From positions 4,475 to 68,474 of the forward strand of contig JBBINH010000015.1 in NCBI GenBank assembly GCA_037443945.1: a stretch of DNA of 64,000 nt. Reading direction: 5' to 3'. The notes under the pieces were generated by a model. It was not told where the DNA came from and ran no database searches. It saw only the letters and a program-made list of their open reading frames with translations. The position numbers and the translations under genes are program-made. The DNA is from Caldilineales bacterium (GTDB taxonomy: Bacteria > Chloroflexota > Anaerolineae > J102). Positions 20,634-31,696 of this stretch are shown one piece after another; within the stretch, counting starts at the first letter, position 1; every line of letters starts with the position of its first letter.

Positions 20634-21260
20634 ATGAGACGAACGGGAACGATCACATTTGCCTGGTTACAACTGCAGCGCTCGGCCGATTACGTGGCCC
20701 ATTTGACCTCGGCCGTGTTATCACCACCTGTGCTGGCGGCAAGCATGATCGTCATGGTCACGGCTACCGTGCAACAAACTCTGGCCTGGCTGTGGGCCGG
20801 TATTGGCCTGGTGCTGAACGTGATTGCGCCCATGGCCTATGTGGTGCGGCTTTTTCGCCGTGGTCTTATCTCCGATGTCGAGATTAGCCGTCGTGAGGAG
20901 CGTCGCCGCCCGCTTGTGTTTACCCTGGCGTCGATGCTCAGCGGTGTGCTCGTGTTGGGGATGGGGACGGCGCCGCGTTTGTTGTTTGTCGTCGTGCTCG
21001 CCCAAATGGCGCAAACCATTCTCATCCTGCTGATCACCTTACATTGGAAAATCAGCGTCCACAGCGCGGCCATTGCCGCTTTTTGGGTGCTGTTGTTCTA
21101 TCTGGTGGGATCTCAGGCCACGTCGGCGCTGCCGGCCTTGCCTCTGGTGGCCTGGGCGCGCGTGCATCTGCGCCGCCATACGCCGACGCAGACCATCGTC
21201 GGCGCCGCCCTGGGTGGCCTCTTGACGTGGGGAGTACTCGCCTGGATGGCGCCGCTGTAA
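20634..21260 (+). CDS. PAP2-superfamily-like membrane protein
   Basis: Strong RBS 'aaaggaggagagg'. 208-aa TM protein with a 'KISVHSAAIAAF ... RVHLRRHTPTQTIVGAALG' pattern resembling PAP2 motifs II/III (PSGH, SRxxxxxHxxxD). Confidence 0.5.
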   Translation: MRRTGTITFAWLQLQRSADYVAHLTSAVLSPPVLAASMIVMVTATVQQTLAWLWAGIGLVLNVIAPMAYVVRLFRRGLISDVEISRREERRRPLVFTLASMLSGVLVLGMGTAPRLLFVVVLAQMAQTILILLITLHWKISVHSAAIAAFWVLLFYLVGSQATSALPALPLVAWARVHLRRHTPTQTIVGAALGGLLTWGVLAWMAPL

Positions 21261-21511
21261 GAAGCAGCGCGTTACGGCCGGATCCAACGAGCGGGATGCG
21301 TCTCGGTCCGGTGTCGGTAAAGGCCAGGCCCGGTCGATCGCTTCGGCATGTCCTATGCTGCTACCGAAACAAAAAACCTCTTGACTCGAAGCCGGACAGA
21401 AAGTCGTCCTGTCCGCCTGTGTCGGCCGCATCCGCCACATTGACAGAATATGACTTGCGGGCTATAAGGCGAGAAATCTCCATTGCTCTGTTGCGTTTGC
21501 CATTCTTGTCT

Positions 21512-22771
21512 GTGGACATCCCTTCCAGTCCTTCCCCTCCTTCGTTGCCGCGCGGTGTCGCCGACTACTTCGGTGGTGCTGCCTGGATGCGGCGTCAGGC
21601 CGAGGCCACCCTGCGCGAGCTGGCGCGCACCTGGGGCTATACCGAAGTCATTCCCCCCACCTTCGAATTCGCCGAGACCCTGGCCACGGCGGCCGGGGCC
21701 CGCTTGGCCGAAGAACTCTACCGTTTTCTCGACCGCGACGGCAGCGCCCTGGCCCTGCGCCCCGACCTCACCATCCCCACCGCCCGCATTGCCGGCTCTA
21801 AACTCTACGATCAACCGCTGCCCCAGCGGTTCTTCTATGCCGGCCCGGTCTTTCGGTTCGAAGAACCTCGTGCCGGCCGCCAACGTGAGTTCTGGCAGGC
21901 GGGCATTGAGTTGATCGGCGTCAAGAGCGCCGATGCCGACGCCGAAGTCCTCGCCTTTGCCGTTCGCGCTTTGCAGGCCCTCGGCCTGGCGGCCAGCCAT
22001 TTCACCCTGGGCCATCTGGGCTACTTCCACGGCCTCATCGCCCATTTGGGCCTGGAGCCAGAACTCGCCCAGGCCCTGCAATCGGCCCTCGACCGCAAGA
22101 GCTACGACGATCTGGGCGATGTGATCGCCACGCTCGGACTCCAGGCCGAGGACCGCGAGACCGTCCTGGGTCTGCTCGACCTCATGGGCGGCCAGGGCAC
22201 GGGCGTGCTGGCCCGGGCCGAAGCCCTGGCCCGGAACGAAGCCATGCGCGCAGCCGTGGCCGAACTACGGGCCGTGGAAACGCGCCTGGATCATTATGGC
22301 GTCAAGGGTTATTTCAGCGTGGACCTAAGCGATGTCCGCGGGATGGACTACTACACCGGCATCACCTTCAAGGCCTATACCGCCCACATGGGTGCTGCCA
22401 TTGTCAACGGCGGCCGTTATGACAATCTCATCGCCCATTTCGGCCCCGGTCGACCGGCCGTCGGCTGCGCTTTCTACCTCGACCGGCTTCTCCTGGCCCG
22501 CACGCGTCGCGAAGGACCGCCTCCCGACCCTCTTCCCGATCTGCTGATTCAGCCCTGCGGGTGCGGGGGTTATGTGGCGCTGGCCGACGAGGCCCGTGCG
22601 GCCGGTCTGATCGCTGTCCTGGCCCTGGGCCCGGAGCCGCCCCAGCGGGCGCCGGTCGTGCAATGCACCTGCGACGGTTTCGTGATCCGCCAGGACGACA
22701 CGACGACCACCCGCTTAGCTCGTCAGGGCTGGCTCCGGGCTTCGCTTGCTCCCGGTCAAGGCCAAGCCTGA
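21512..22771 (+). CDS. hisZ: ATP phosphoribosyltransferase regulatory subunit (HisRS-like)
   Basis: 'LPRGVADYF...RRQAEATLRELARTWGYTEVIPPTFEF' matches the HisZ/HisRS class II motif 1 region. 'RFFYAGPVFR' is motif 2 and 'GGRYDNL' is motif 3. Start is uncertain (GTG 21512 or ATG 21587). The long 5' ORF extension is not credible. Confidence 0.75.
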   Translation: MDIPSSPSPPSLPRGVADYFGGAAWMRRQAEATLRELARTWGYTEVIPPTFEFAETLATAAGARLAEELYRFLDRDGSALALRPDLTIPTARIAGSKLYDQPLPQRFFYAGPVFRFEEPRAGRQREFWQAGIELIGVKSADADAEVLAFAVRALQALGLAASHFTLGHLGYFHGLIAHLGLEPELAQALQSALDRKSYDDLGDVIATLGLQAEDRETVLGLLDLMGGQGTGVLARAEALARNEAMRAAVAELRAVETRLDHYGVKGYFSVDLSDVRGMDYYTGITFKAYTAHMGAAIVNGGRYDNLIAHFGPGRPAVGCAFYLDRLLLARTRREGPPPDPLPDLLIQPCGCGGYVALADEARAAGLIAVLALGPEPPQRAPVVQCTCDGFVIRQDDTTTTRLARQGWLRASLAPGQGQA

Positions 22772-22780
22772 GCCGTGGCC

Positions 22781-23674
22781 TTAGAGGCCGATGCCGACGG
22801 CCCGCAACACGGCGCGGGCGACGGCCTCGGCCGCCAGGATCCCGACCAGATTGGGGTCGGCTTCGGGACCACGACCGGTGCTGAGGGCAAACAGGGTATC
22901 GCCGTCGTAGAGGGTGTGGCTGGGACGGATGGTCCGCGCCAGACCGTCATGGGCCATCTGGGCCACCCGCAGGCATTGCGCCTTGCTTAGGGTACGGTCG
23001 GTGGCGACCACACCGATGGTGGTGTTCTGGCCCATTGCCGGGGCCGCAGGAGGGGCATCGGCAGCCGGGGGAACGGCCGCCACCACGACCCGACCTGTGG
23101 CCGGGTCCACGATCTCGCCGACGGCATTGACCGCCACTAGAGCGGCAACCCATCCCCCATCGGGTAGGGGCTGAGCCGCGCTGCCAAGCCCCCCCGGTTG
23201 GGCACCGGCAGGGCCGTAGAGCTTGGCCACGGTGGCCCCGGTCCCGGCACCCACACGACCCTGGGACACGGGCGCGTCTCCGGCAGCCTGACAGGCGCGG
23301 TAGCCGGCCGCGGCATCCGGCCACACATCGGCCCGCCCTTCGTTCAGGTCGAAAAGCACGGCTGCCGGCACGATCGGCACCCGCGCCCACGGTGTAACAA
23401 AGCCATAGCCGCGCTCGTACAGCCAACGCATGACGCCGTCGGCCGCCGCCAGACCGAAAGCCGAACCGCCGGTCAGCAGGATGGCGTGGACCTTGTCCAC
23501 CAGGTTCTCCGGCCGCAGCAGATCCGTCTCGCGCGTGCCGGGAGCAGCGCCACGGACATCCACGGCGGCCGTGGCGCCCTCAGGGGTCAGGACGACCGTG
23601 CAACCGGTAGCCGCTTCGACCTGGGTATCATGGCCGACCCACAAGCCGGCCAGGCAGGTGATGGTATCGTTCAT
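22781..23674 (-). CDS. P1-family peptidase (DmpA/L-aminopeptidase-like, S58)
   Basis: Start 'MNDTITCLAGLWVGHDT...GCTVVLT'. Ntn-hydrolase-like self-processing region 'GAGTGATV'. About 298 aa. Confidence 0.8.
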   Translation of the reverse strand: MNDTITCLAGLWVGHDTQVEAATGCTVVLTPEGATAAVDVRGAAPGTRETDLLRPENLVDKVHAILLTGGSAFGLAAADGVMRWLYERGYGFVTPWARVPIVPAAVLFDLNEGRADVWPDAAAGYRACQAAGDAPVSQGRVGAGTGATVAKLYGPAGAQPGGLGSAAQPLPDGGWVAALVAVNAVGEIVDPATGRVVVAAVPPAADAPPAAPAMGQNTTIGVVATDRTLSKAQCLRVAQMAHDGLARTIRPSHTLYDGDTLFALSTGRGPEADPNLVGILAAEAVARAVLRAVGIGL

Positions 23675-23750
23675 AGCAGCACCCCCATGGGAAGGGAGAG
23701 AAGGAGGGGAGATCAAGCGATATCGACGCCATAGAGGAGCTCCTATTATA

Positions 23751-24074
23751 ATGGAAAGCATGGAAGCCATCTATGCCGATCTGGAACGTCTGTTACAAAC
23801 GGGTGAGGTTGTTGCCCTGGCCACAATCGTGGCCACCAAAGGCTCGGTGCCGCGGAAGGTAGGCACCAAGATGATCATCCATTCGCTCGGCCAACACATC
23901 GGAACCATCGGCGGCGGTTGCGGTGAGGCCGAGGTCATTCGGGCCGGGCTGGATGTCATTCAGACCGGGCAACCGGCCCTGGTGCGTGTGGATTTGACCG
24001 AGCCGATCTCCATGCAAGCCCTGGGGGTATGCGGCGGCATCATGGACGTGTTCATTGTGCGCTGGCCGGCATAA
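23751..24074 (+). CDS. XdhC/CoxI-family Mo-cofactor insertion accessory protein, N-terminal domain
   Basis: 'LATIVATKGSVPRKVGTKMII...GTIGGGCGEAEV' is typical of the XdhC_CoxI N-domain. 107 aa. Confidence 0.7.
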   Translation: MESMEAIYADLERLLQTGEVVALATIVATKGSVPRKVGTKMIIHSLGQHIGTIGGGCGEAEVIRAGLDVIQTGQPALVRVDLTEPISMQALGVCGGIMDVFIVRWPA

Positions 24075-24083
24075 CCCGCAGCC

Positions 24084-24857
24084 ATGGCTTCTCTCGAGCT
24101 GCTCCGAGCACTCAACGAGGCCCTCGCACGCGGTGAGGCCGCCGCCCTGGTGACGGTGATCCGCAGCCGCGCCCCCGATCGGGTCGGCGCTGTGGCGCTG
24201 GTGCGGGCGGGGCAGCCGCCCCTGGGCGATCTGGGCCTGGGCGAGCCGGAAGCCGAGGTCTTGGCGGCGGCCGCCGCTGCCCTGGCCGCAGGACGACCGC
24301 AGCTCTTGCGTTTTCCCGAATGGGGCCTGGAGGTGTTTGTGGATGTGCAGGCACGGCCGCCGGAGCTGATTATCGTTGGCGCCGGCCACATCGCCGTCCC
24401 CCTGTGCGAGATCGGGGCCTTATGCGGGTTTCGGGTGACGGTTATCGACGACCGACCTCAATATGCCCATCCCGGTCGTTTCCCCAAGGCCGCGCGCGTC
24501 ATCGCCGCCGACATCCGTCGTACCGTGCGCGAGTTGCCGATGGATGCCAACACTTTCGTCGTCCTGGTCACGCGCGGGCACAGTCTGGATGTGGAATGCC
24601 TGCTGGAAATCCTGGACCGGCCCTTGGCCTATATCGGTATGATCGGCTCGCAGCGCCGGGTGCGCGCCGTCTTCGACCTGTTGGTGCGCGAACAGGGGAT
24701 TCCCCGGGCCAAACTGGAGCGCGTTTACGCGCCCATCGGCCTGGCCATCGGCGCCGAAACACCCGCCGAGATCGCCGTCGCCATCATGGCCGAAATCATC
24801 AACGTTCGCCGCGGGGGACAGGCCATCTCGTCGGCCGCTGCACGACCGCGCCTCTGA
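24084..24857 (+). CDS. XdhC-family accessory protein, Rossmann-like C-terminal domain
   Basis: 'LIIVGAGHIAVPL...VTVIDDR...YIGMIGSQRR' matches the XdhC Rossmann-like domain. It lies 9 nt after the N-domain ORF. Confidence 0.75.
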   Translation: MASLELLRALNEALARGEAAALVTVIRSRAPDRVGAVALVRAGQPPLGDLGLGEPEAEVLAAAAAALAAGRPQLLRFPEWGLEVFVDVQARPPELIIVGAGHIAVPLCEIGALCGFRVTVIDDRPQYAHPGRFPKAARVIAADIRRTVRELPMDANTFVVLVTRGHSLDVECLLEILDRPLAYIGMIGSQRRVRAVFDLLVREQGIPRAKLERVYAPIGLAIGAETPAEIAVAIMAEIINVRRGGQAISSAAARPRL

Positions 24858-24877
24858 GCGGGAACGGCGATACCTGA

Positions 24878-27448
24878 ATGGGCGTCTTGGCCGATATGCG
24901 CATGCGCACGCGATTCCATCAACGACGCCGTGTTACGATCGGGGTGGTCGCCCTGGCTCTGGTCCTGGTCGGATTATGGAGTGGCATCTGGGTCTATTTG
25001 GGACCGTTCCCCGACCTGAACGACCTCGACCGCCATCGGCCTGCCGCGGCCATTCGCATCCTCGACCGTCAGGGTCTGCTGCTCTACGAAGTGGCCGATC
25101 CGGCCCGCGGGAACTATCGGCCCATCCCGATGACGGCGATGCCCCTGGCCTGTCGGCAGGCGATCGTGGCCGCTGAAGATAGTCGCTTTTATCATCATCC
25201 GGGCGTGGACCTGCCTTCAATCCTGCGGGCGGCCTGGAGCAACTGGCGGGCCGGCGGGGTGGTCCAGGGCGGTTCGACCCTGACCCAACAACTGGCACGG
25301 CTCTTGTTGTTGGATGAGTCCGAACGTTATGAGCAGAGCCTGCGCCGCAAGTTGCGGGAGGCGGTGCTGGCCTGGCGGCTGGAACGTCGTTTCGGCAAGG
25401 ACGAGATCCTGACCCTGTATCTGAATCATGTCTACTTCGGCCATTTTGCCGTCGGTCTCGAGGCGGCGGCGCAGTCGTACTTCGGCCATCATGCCGCCGA
25501 GCTGGATCTGGCCCAGTGTGCGTTGCTGGCCGGGTTGCCGCAGGCGCCCGCAGTCTACAATCCGGTGGAACACATGGAGGCCGCCCGCCAACGCCAACGT
25601 TATGTGCTGGCCCGCATGGTGGAAGCCGGTTTTATCGACAGGACCACGGCCGCACGGGCGGCCGCCGAACCGCTCACGTTGGCGCCCACGCCGTTCCCCA
25701 TCGAGGCGCCCCATTTTGTGTTCTACGTTTACGGCCAACTGGAGGAGGCCATCGGCCGCGAACGGCTGAGGCAAGGCGGTCTCACCGTGTACACCACGCT
25801 CGACCTGCCCCTCAACCGCCATGCCGAACGCATCATCCGCCACCGCCTGGCCGAGCTTAATCGCCCCGGACCCGACGGCGGGCGCCAACGCCGGGCCGAA
25901 AATGCCGCTCTGGTGGCGCTGGATCCGGCAACGGGGGCCTTGCTCGCTTTGGTCGGCAGTCCCGATTATTTTGATGCCCGCATCGCCGGGGCCGTCAATG
26001 CGGCCCTGACCTTGCGCCAGCCGGGTTCGGCCATCAAACCGCTGACCTATGCCATAGCCCTCGATCCGAAGCTCAGCGCAGCCGCCGGCCGCCGGCCGTT
26101 CACGCCGGCCACCATCCTGGCCGATGTACCGAGTCGCTTCCTCACGCGCGAAGGAACTTACTACGAGCCCCTCAATTACGACCTGACCTTCCACGGACCC
26201 GTCTCGGTGCGGATGGCCCTGGCCAATTCGTACAACGTGCCGGCCGTGCACACCCTGGCCGTGATCGGGGTAGCAGCCCTGGTGGAGCAAGCCCGTCGGC
26301 ATGGCATCACGACCTTGGCTCGCCCCGAAGACCACGGCCTGGCCCTGACGCTGGGTGGGGGCGAAGTGCGCTTGTTGGAATTGACGACGGCCTACGCGCC
26401 CTTTGTGACGGGCGGCCGGACCCTCCAGCCCATCGCCATTGCCCGCATCGAGGACATCCAGGGTCGGCTGTTGTTTGCCGCCGGAGTGGACGGACCGGTT
26501 TTCAATCCCGAAGGCTGGCCGCTCCCCGTCGTCGGTGAACGTCCCCTCGTGCTCGATCCCCGCACGGCCTATCTCATCACCGACATCCTCAGCGACAACG
26601 ATGCTCGCAGTCGCAGTTTTGGGTTCTCCAGCCCGCTGCGCCTGGACCGACCGGCGGCCGCCAAGACGGGAACGACCACCGATTGGCGGGATAACTGGAC
26701 AATAGGCTACACCCCCGATCTGCTGACAGGGGTATGGGTGGGCAATGCCGACAATACGCCCATGTACGGCGTCGGCGGCATTGACGGCGCCGCGCCGATC
26801 TGGCATGACTTCATGACCGTGGCCCACCGTGGGCGTCCGGTGCGGTCCTTTGCCCGTCCACCGGGTCTGGTCGAACGGACCATCTGTCTTCCTTCCGGGT
26901 TGCTGCCTTCGCCTGCGTGTCCGCAGGTCGGTCGCGAACGGTTCATCGCCGGCACCGAACCCGATCGACCTGATGACCAGTACCGCATCATCGCCGTGGA
27001 TGGGCGCACCGGCCGACCGGCCACGGCCGAGACACCGGCCACGGCCGTGGTCTATCGCGTGGCCTGGGCGCCGCCGCCGGCGCTGCGCGATTGGGCCCGT
27101 CAACAGGGGATGCTGCTCCTGGCGGACGACAGCGCGGCTCCCACGACCATCAACGCCCAACCCATGTTGCAGATCGTCAGTCCCGAACCGAATGCCGTGT
27201 ATGTGTGGGACGAACGGCTGCCCCCAGACGTACAACGGCTGCAACTGGCCGTCAGCTATCACGGTCAGGACGCGCTAAGTGCCGTGACCTACCTGCTCGA
27301 TGACGCCGTGGCGCTCACGGCCACCGACTGGCCCTGGACGGCCTGGTGGCTGCCAACATCCGGCGAACACCGTCTGCGCGTGATTGCCCGTACCCGCAAC
27401 GGCCGGACATTGACGGCGGATCCCATCCGTTTTCGCGTGGAAAAGTAA
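24878..27448 (+). CDS. Bifunctional penicillin-binding protein 1A (GT51 transglycosylase / transpeptidase)
   Basis: N-terminal TM. GT51 motifs 'AAEDSRFYHHPGVD' and 'GGSTLTQQL'. Transpeptidase motifs 'SAIKP' (SxxK), 'SYN' and 'KTGTT'. Confidence 0.9.
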   Translation: MGVLADMRMRTRFHQRRRVTIGVVALALVLVGLWSGIWVYLGPFPDLNDLDRHRPAAAIRILDRQGLLLYEVADPARGNYRPIPMTAMPLACRQAIVAAEDSRFYHHPGVDLPSILRAAWSNWRAGGVVQGGSTLTQQLARLLLLDESERYEQSLRRKLREAVLAWRLERRFGKDEILTLYLNHVYFGHFAVGLEAAAQSYFGHHAAELDLAQCALLAGLPQAPAVYNPVEHMEAARQRQRYVLARMVEAGFIDRTTAARAAAEPLTLAPTPFPIEAPHFVFYVYGQLEEAIGRERLRQGGLTVYTTLDLPLNRHAERIIRHRLAELNRPGPDGGRQRRAENAALVALDPATGALLALVGSPDYFDARIAGAVNAALTLRQPGSAIKPLTYAIALDPKLSAAAGRRPFTPATILADVPSRFLTREGTYYEPLNYDLTFHGPVSVRMALANSYNVPAVHTLAVIGVAALVEQARRHGITTLARPEDHGLALTLGGGEVRLLELTTAYAPFVTGGRTLQPIAIARIEDIQGRLLFAAGVDGPVFNPEGWPLPVVGERPLVLDPRTAYLITDILSDNDARSRSFGFSSPLRLDRPAAAKTGTTTDWRDNWTIGYTPDLLTGVWVGNADNTPMYGVGGIDGAAPIWHDFMTVAHRGRPVRSFARPPGLVERTICLPSGLLPSPACPQVGRERFIAGTEPDRPDDQYRIIAVDGRTGRPATAETPATAVVYRVAWAPPPALRDWARQQGMLLLADDSAAPTTINAQPMLQIVSPEPNAVYVWDERLPPDVQRLQLAVSYHGQDALSAVTYLLDDAVALTATDWPWTAWWLPTSGEHRLRVIARTRNGRTLTADPIRFRVEK

Positions 27449-27519
27449 AGGATGACCGAGATCGTTTCCCCATCCGGCCCCAAGCGGAACCGGAAAGGCA
27501 GCGGTAACGTCCGGGTATC

Positions 27520-27560
27520 CGTAATCTTACGACCCGCCAACCCGCTTGCGGGCTTTCCTG
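27520..27560 (+). terminator. Possible terminator after the PBP gene
   Basis: 'cccgccaacccgcttgcgggc' inverted repeat followed by a 'tttcct' pyrimidine run. It is weak. Confidence 0.3.
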
Positions 27561-27650
27561 TCATTCTGTCATCTGCTATAATCGGCCGTCGTCGCCATAC
27601 CCAACGCGATGGCCGTCCATTTCATCCTCACTTCGAGGTTATAACTCGCC

Positions 27651-28610
27651 ATGTTGCTCCGCTTTCGCTTTCTTGCCTTCCTGATGATGGCCCTGGTCAT
27701 CGCCGCCTGTGGCAACCGGGCTACACCGGAACCGACACCGACCCGCACCCCTCGCCCCACCTTCACCCCCACCCCGATGGGGCAAACGGCCAACAGCCCC
27801 CTCTTTCAGACCCCCATTCCCGTGAATCCCACACCGGCCCCCTTGCCGACGGATACGCCGGTCCCGCCCACCGACACGCCTGTCCCGACCCCGACGCCGG
27901 AACCGCCCACACCGACGCCGCTACCGCCTCAGGTCTATGCGAATCAGGCCGTCAACGTGCGCGGGGGACCTGGGGTCAACTACCCTCGTTTGGGCGCGCT
28001 GGTGCCCGGACAGCGCTATGTTGTCACGGGGAAAAACCCGGCCGGCGATTGGTGGCAGATCGATTACAACGGCCGCGCCGGCTGGGTGACCGATAGCCTG
28101 GTGAGCAAAGAAGGCGCCATCGAAACCGTCGCCGTCGCCGCCAACATCCCCGCCCCACCGCCTCCGCGGCCCACGCAACCGCCGACGCCGACCCCGCCAC
28201 CGGCGCCCACCCCCACACCGGCGCCTGCGTATCCTTACTTCGTCCTGCGTGGGGTCGAACGCTGCGAACCCAACCCCGGCGTTACCTACTTCAAAGGCTT
28301 TGTACGCGACCGCAACAACAACCCCATCAACGGCGTCTGCGTCCACATCGCCTTCTACGGACCTCGCCAGACCAAATGCTCCGGCTGTGGCGAACCGGCC
28401 GGTGAATGGGGCTTTGCTCCCTTTGGCGGCCCTGCTCCGGCCAACACACCGATCGAAATCTTTGTCGTCGAGTGCCCGGCCGGGGGGCTTTCGGCCGGCG
28501 GCCAGTCTTACGACGGCGCCGGCAGTTCGCCGCCGCCGCTTTCCGACAAATGGACACGCACAATAACGGCCAGCGAGCAGTGCACGGGTATCACCTTTAT
28601 CAGGAACTGA
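27651..28610 (+). CDS. Lipoprotein with bacterial SH3 domain and Pro/Thr-rich linkers
   Basis: Signal/lipobox 'LVIAACG'. PT-rich linkers flank an SH3b-like 'VNVRGGPGVNYPRLGALVPGQRYVVTGKNPAGDWWQIDYNGRAGWV'. The C-terminal Cys-containing domain has unknown function. A TATAAT candidate lies at about 27579. Confidence 0.6.
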   Translation: MLLRFRFLAFLMMALVIAACGNRATPEPTPTRTPRPTFTPTPMGQTANSPLFQTPIPVNPTPAPLPTDTPVPPTDTPVPTPTPEPPTPTPLPPQVYANQAVNVRGGPGVNYPRLGALVPGQRYVVTGKNPAGDWWQIDYNGRAGWVTDSLVSKEGAIETVAVAANIPAPPPPRPTQPPTPTPPPAPTPTPAPAYPYFVLRGVERCEPNPGVTYFKGFVRDRNNNPINGVCVHIAFYGPRQTKCSGCGEPAGEWGFAPFGGPAPANTPIEIFVVECPAGGLSAGGQSYDGAGSSPPPLSDKWTRTITASEQCTGITFIRN

Positions 28611-28686
28611 CGGCCTTACCCCCGGTTCCTGCGAAGCCGAGCCCGAGCGCTCGGCTTCCTTGTGTTCGCTTGCGCCGGCCATCACC

Positions 28687-30453
<1,767 letters not shown>

Positions 30454-30535
30454 GCCGTTATCGTGTTTTTTTCTCCATTCTCTAATCGTTTCTTAATACG
30501 AAATATGAGCTGGCGCATAGAACACCCGGTTTTGG

Positions 30536-30552
30536 GGTAGTTATAATGCGCA
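30536..30552 (+). promoter_or_regulatory. Candidate promoter (-10 'TATAAT') in the AT-rich leader of the ccm operon
   Basis: 'ggtagTTATAATgcg' within a locally AT-rich 160-bp spacer upstream of ccmH. Confidence 0.35.
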
Positions 30553-30619
30553 CACCTTGCTCACGAAATCGTTCGTGCATGCAGCATCGCTGCAAACTCG
30601 CCATGGGTTCGTTCCGCCT

Positions 30620-31069
30620 ATGCTCCGTCGTCTTCTGCTCTTTTTCCTGTTCCTGGGCGTAACCGCGCCCGTTTTTGCTCAGGGCGACGACCCTAGAGAG
30701 CAATTGTTCAAAGAGCTGTGGTGCCCCATTTGCAACGGCATTCGTCTGGATGTCTGTGAGCAGCAGGTCTGCGAACAGATGCGCGCGCTGATCGACCAGG
30801 AACTGGCGGCCGGTAAGACGCCTGAACAGATCAAAGCCCAGTTTATCGATCTTTACGGCCCGGTTGTCCTGGGCGAGCCTCCGCGTGAGGGTTTCAACTT
30901 GATCGCCTGGATTGTGCCCGTGGTCTTGCTGATAGGAGGCCTGGCGACGGCCGTGCTTATCTCGCAACGCCACAAGCTGCGGGCGATCCCGCTCGCGGCA
31001 TCATCTGCCCCATCGGATGCTGCCGATCCGTATCTTGCCCGTGTCGATCGCGAGTTAGCCGATGAATGA
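30620..31069 (+). CDS. ccmH: Cytochrome c-type biogenesis protein CcmH/NrfF family
   Basis: Signal peptide, then 'LWCPICNG' (the CcmH LRCxxC-type redox motif), then a C-terminal TM anchor. Confidence 0.7.
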   Translation: MLRRLLLFFLFLGVTAPVFAQGDDPREQLFKELWCPICNGIRLDVCEQQVCEQMRALIDQELAAGKTPEQIKAQFIDLYGPVVLGEPPREGFNLIAWIVPVVLLIGGLATAVLISQRHKLRAIPLAASSAPSDAADPYLARVDRELADE

Positions 31070-31643
31070 CTCTGTCGTATCCCCTAATGCTCCTGCCCGT
31101 CGCCTTCGTCCAGGGGGGTTGCTCCTGGTGATAGGCATTGCGGTCATCGGGCTGATTTTCGTGGCCGTGTTCTATTACGGTGTCCTCAATCCACCCAGCC
31201 AGCGGGTAGGTTCGGGACCGGCGCCCGATTTTACCTTTACAACCTACGCCTTCGGCCTCAGCCCTTATGATGGCCAGACCTTTCGTCTGTCCGACTTTCG
31301 CGGTCAGCCGGTGGTTCTCAATTTCTGGGCGAGTTGGTGTGGGCCTTGCCGCGATGAACAGCCCCATCTGGAGGCGGCCTGGCGTCAGTATCAGGGTCGG
31401 GTCATGGTCATCGGCCTGGATTATCTGGACCAGGAGCCCAATGCTCGCGCTTACCTGACCGAATTCGGTGTCACCTACCCGAACGGCCCCGATCGAGGTA
31501 GCCGCGCTTACACGGCGTATCGCGTGCAGGGCGTACCGGAGACGTTCTTCATCGACGCCCAGGGTTTTGTCCGGGGCTACTACGTCGGCCCCATCACGGC
31601 GGCCGAGCTCGAACAACGTATCCAGGAACTGCTATCGCCATAA
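31062..31643 (+). CDS. Thiol:disulfide interchange protein (CcmG/ResA/TlpA family, thioredoxin fold)
   Basis: N-terminal TM plus 'LNFWASWCGPCRDE' (WCxxC thioredoxin active site). Overlaps the ccmH stop. Confidence 0.8.
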   Translation: MNDSVVSPNAPARRLRPGGLLLVIGIAVIGLIFVAVFYYGVLNPPSQRVGSGPAPDFTFTTYAFGLSPYDGQTFRLSDFRGQPVVLNFWASWCGPCRDEQPHLEAAWRQYQGRVMVIGLDYLDQEPNARAYLTEFGVTYPNGPDRGSRAYTAYRVQGVPETFFIDAQGFVRGYYVGPITAAELEQRIQELLSP

Positions 31644-31696
31644 GCACCCGGCGACAAGCCCGGTTATCTCTGCTTCTTACCCCCGGTACCCTTCCT

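Noticed and set aside
25217-27262. 681-aa minus-strand ORF
   Set aside because: Antisense to the PBP1A gene. Low-complexity product.
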